Source: Lingula anatina (Eukaryota > Animalia > Brachiopoda). Taken from it: DNA of 64,000 nucleotides. Numbering within the stretch: the first letter of the stretch is position 1; every line of letters begins with the position of its first letter. A program made the position numbers and the translations under genes. This document shows positions 62,326 through 64,000 of the stretch, piece by piece. Location: the NCBI GenBank assembly GCA_051362555.1, contig CM120644.1, positions 16,142,534 through 16,206,533 of the forward strand, in the 5' to 3' direction. The notes beneath the pieces are model-generated. The model ran no database searches and had not been told where the DNA came from. It saw only the letters and a program-made list of their open reading frames with translations.

Positions 62326-64000
62326 TTCGAATTCCTCCAAACACCCGATCAAGCATGCGATAGCTTTAGTGGAGTTTTCTTAAGAGTTAGCGTTTCCTTT
62401 TTGGACGCGATTAAGTGTGCAAACACTTTCTCAAAGCGGAGAAAGATAAATTTGGTAATTTATTTATCCAGTTATTCAAACCGCACAATACAGCACCATC
62501 AGCTGGATAAGGTTGCTTAAACAATCTCACTCATTTAAAATGGTCGTCTTATCATGGAGTGTAGACGGTCCTTTACAAACTTCATGGTTTTGATTAAAGT
62601 AAACTTGGTATGTCCGTGGATATATTTAGACACGTAATGATCGCTATGTAATAGCTGGGAGTGCATTTTCAGTGAAACATGGCCATTGCGCCCAATTTCG
62701 AGACGAGCTGTTTAAACCGATGTTTGCGCTGTTTTTGTGCCAGCGTCTTATTTTTGCAGCTTCAGCAAATTTTTCCCGAGATTAACACCGATTTATTTTC
62801 ACGTTTCCTTCATTGTGTGTATTAAAAGGCGCGGAGAGCTAAATTACATAAAATGTGGTTGTGTGAGCCATTAATTAAGTAACTATCATTCATGTGAACG
62901 ACAGATACGGTTAATGGGCATACACTTAATTCTAAATGGGAAATTAAAGGCCGGAGATTAGAGTTAATGTAAAAGCATTGCTTTAACACCAACTTATTCG
63001 TAAATAGTGTTTTATAATTGGACCGATAGTGGATTAAGTTGTCTTCAAATCTCGTGCATCAAGTCAATCAGAAAATGATCCATTTCCTGGGATATAGGTC
63101 TAGGTTCAAGGCAGCCAACTTATCCACCCTTTTCTTTTCATTTAGACGACCACGAATTCTTTTTAAATTCAATGACAAAAGAGCCTTACTGTTTTAGAAA
63201 TTGTTAAAATATCCGAATATGTCTAAAAATGCTTAAGTATTTTTAATTTGCTATAACTCTGGTGAGACCAAAATGATATTTTTTATTCCCTTCTCCCGTT
63301 CCCTACCCGCCTGTCATATTTTCCGAAAGATTTACTACTCAGGACATTTACCAATACTATAAATGTGTCTGTGAAACATGCGGAATAATATTTTAGTTAT
63401 CTGTGCTTGGTAACAATAGTTTTATGAATACTTTCAAAAGTATTCCCTACAGTAAATTCTGTTACCCCTCTCCCCCGTCCCATTAGACTGACAAGCTCCC
63501 GGTACTGCAGTTTCTCTTTCTATTTCTGATGCATTTCACCGGGGGAATTTTTTTCAGTAAAATTCATTTGTTGCTGAAAGTTTTACTGCATCATCATTAG
63601 ATTGCGTAATGCCTTGATAAAACTGCATAGTAAACAAATCAGAATAATATTAAAGCTACTTTTTGTATTCTTGTATGTCATTTAAATTTATCGAGAAAGA
63701 TGTGCACAAGCAGTCACTTCTACAAGTCACAGTCACGTCCCCAAATATGGACACCGAATTCTACAGTCATTTTGCAGTGCGATTTCATTGCAGATTTAAA
63801 CTTTACACTTTCGGGTTATGAATGCACTTAATTGTCTGTAAAGTGTTTCATTGCAGGCTATTTAGAAAAAAAAAGAATTTCAACTTTTTTACGTCTCTAA
63901 CCCGAGTCCAATAATTATTTCATACGCTTCGCATTTCCTTCACTACACAAATCGCTGAACTCTCAGTTTTTCCTAACCAAGACACGTGCTATTTGCCATC

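Noticed and set aside
62108-62356. N-terminal extension of the 105-aa ORF upstream of the signal peptide
   Set aside because: It begins at a TTG, overlaps the predicted promoter, and the ATG at 62107 gives a proper signal peptide

Overview
Eukaryotic (animal) genomic DNA with AT-rich introns; the organism is probably a lophotrochozoan such as a mollusc (inference only). Almost the whole window is one giant intron-rich gene on the minus strand. I traced 81 coding exons by hand from the ATG at 62107 down to 448. All have GT-AG boundaries and mutually consistent phases, and they sum to 26175 nt (about 8725 aa); the gene continues past position 1. The product is a secreted hemolectin/hemocytin-like gel-forming mucin. 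Its order is: signal peptide, RRKR furin site, Sushi-EGF-Sushi-Sushi, three VWD-C8-TIL assemblies, a very large Pro/Thr/Ser-rich core carrying 14 CysD (WxxW) and 7 discoidin (FA58C) domains, an LDLa module, two more VWD-C8-TIL assemblies, then VWC-like modules. Introns hold small MITEs with target-site duplications and several microsatellites. A compact promoter lies at about 62220-62325. No prokaryotic features, RNA genes or CRISPR arrays are supported. Domain calls come from motif recognition by eye, not from database searches.
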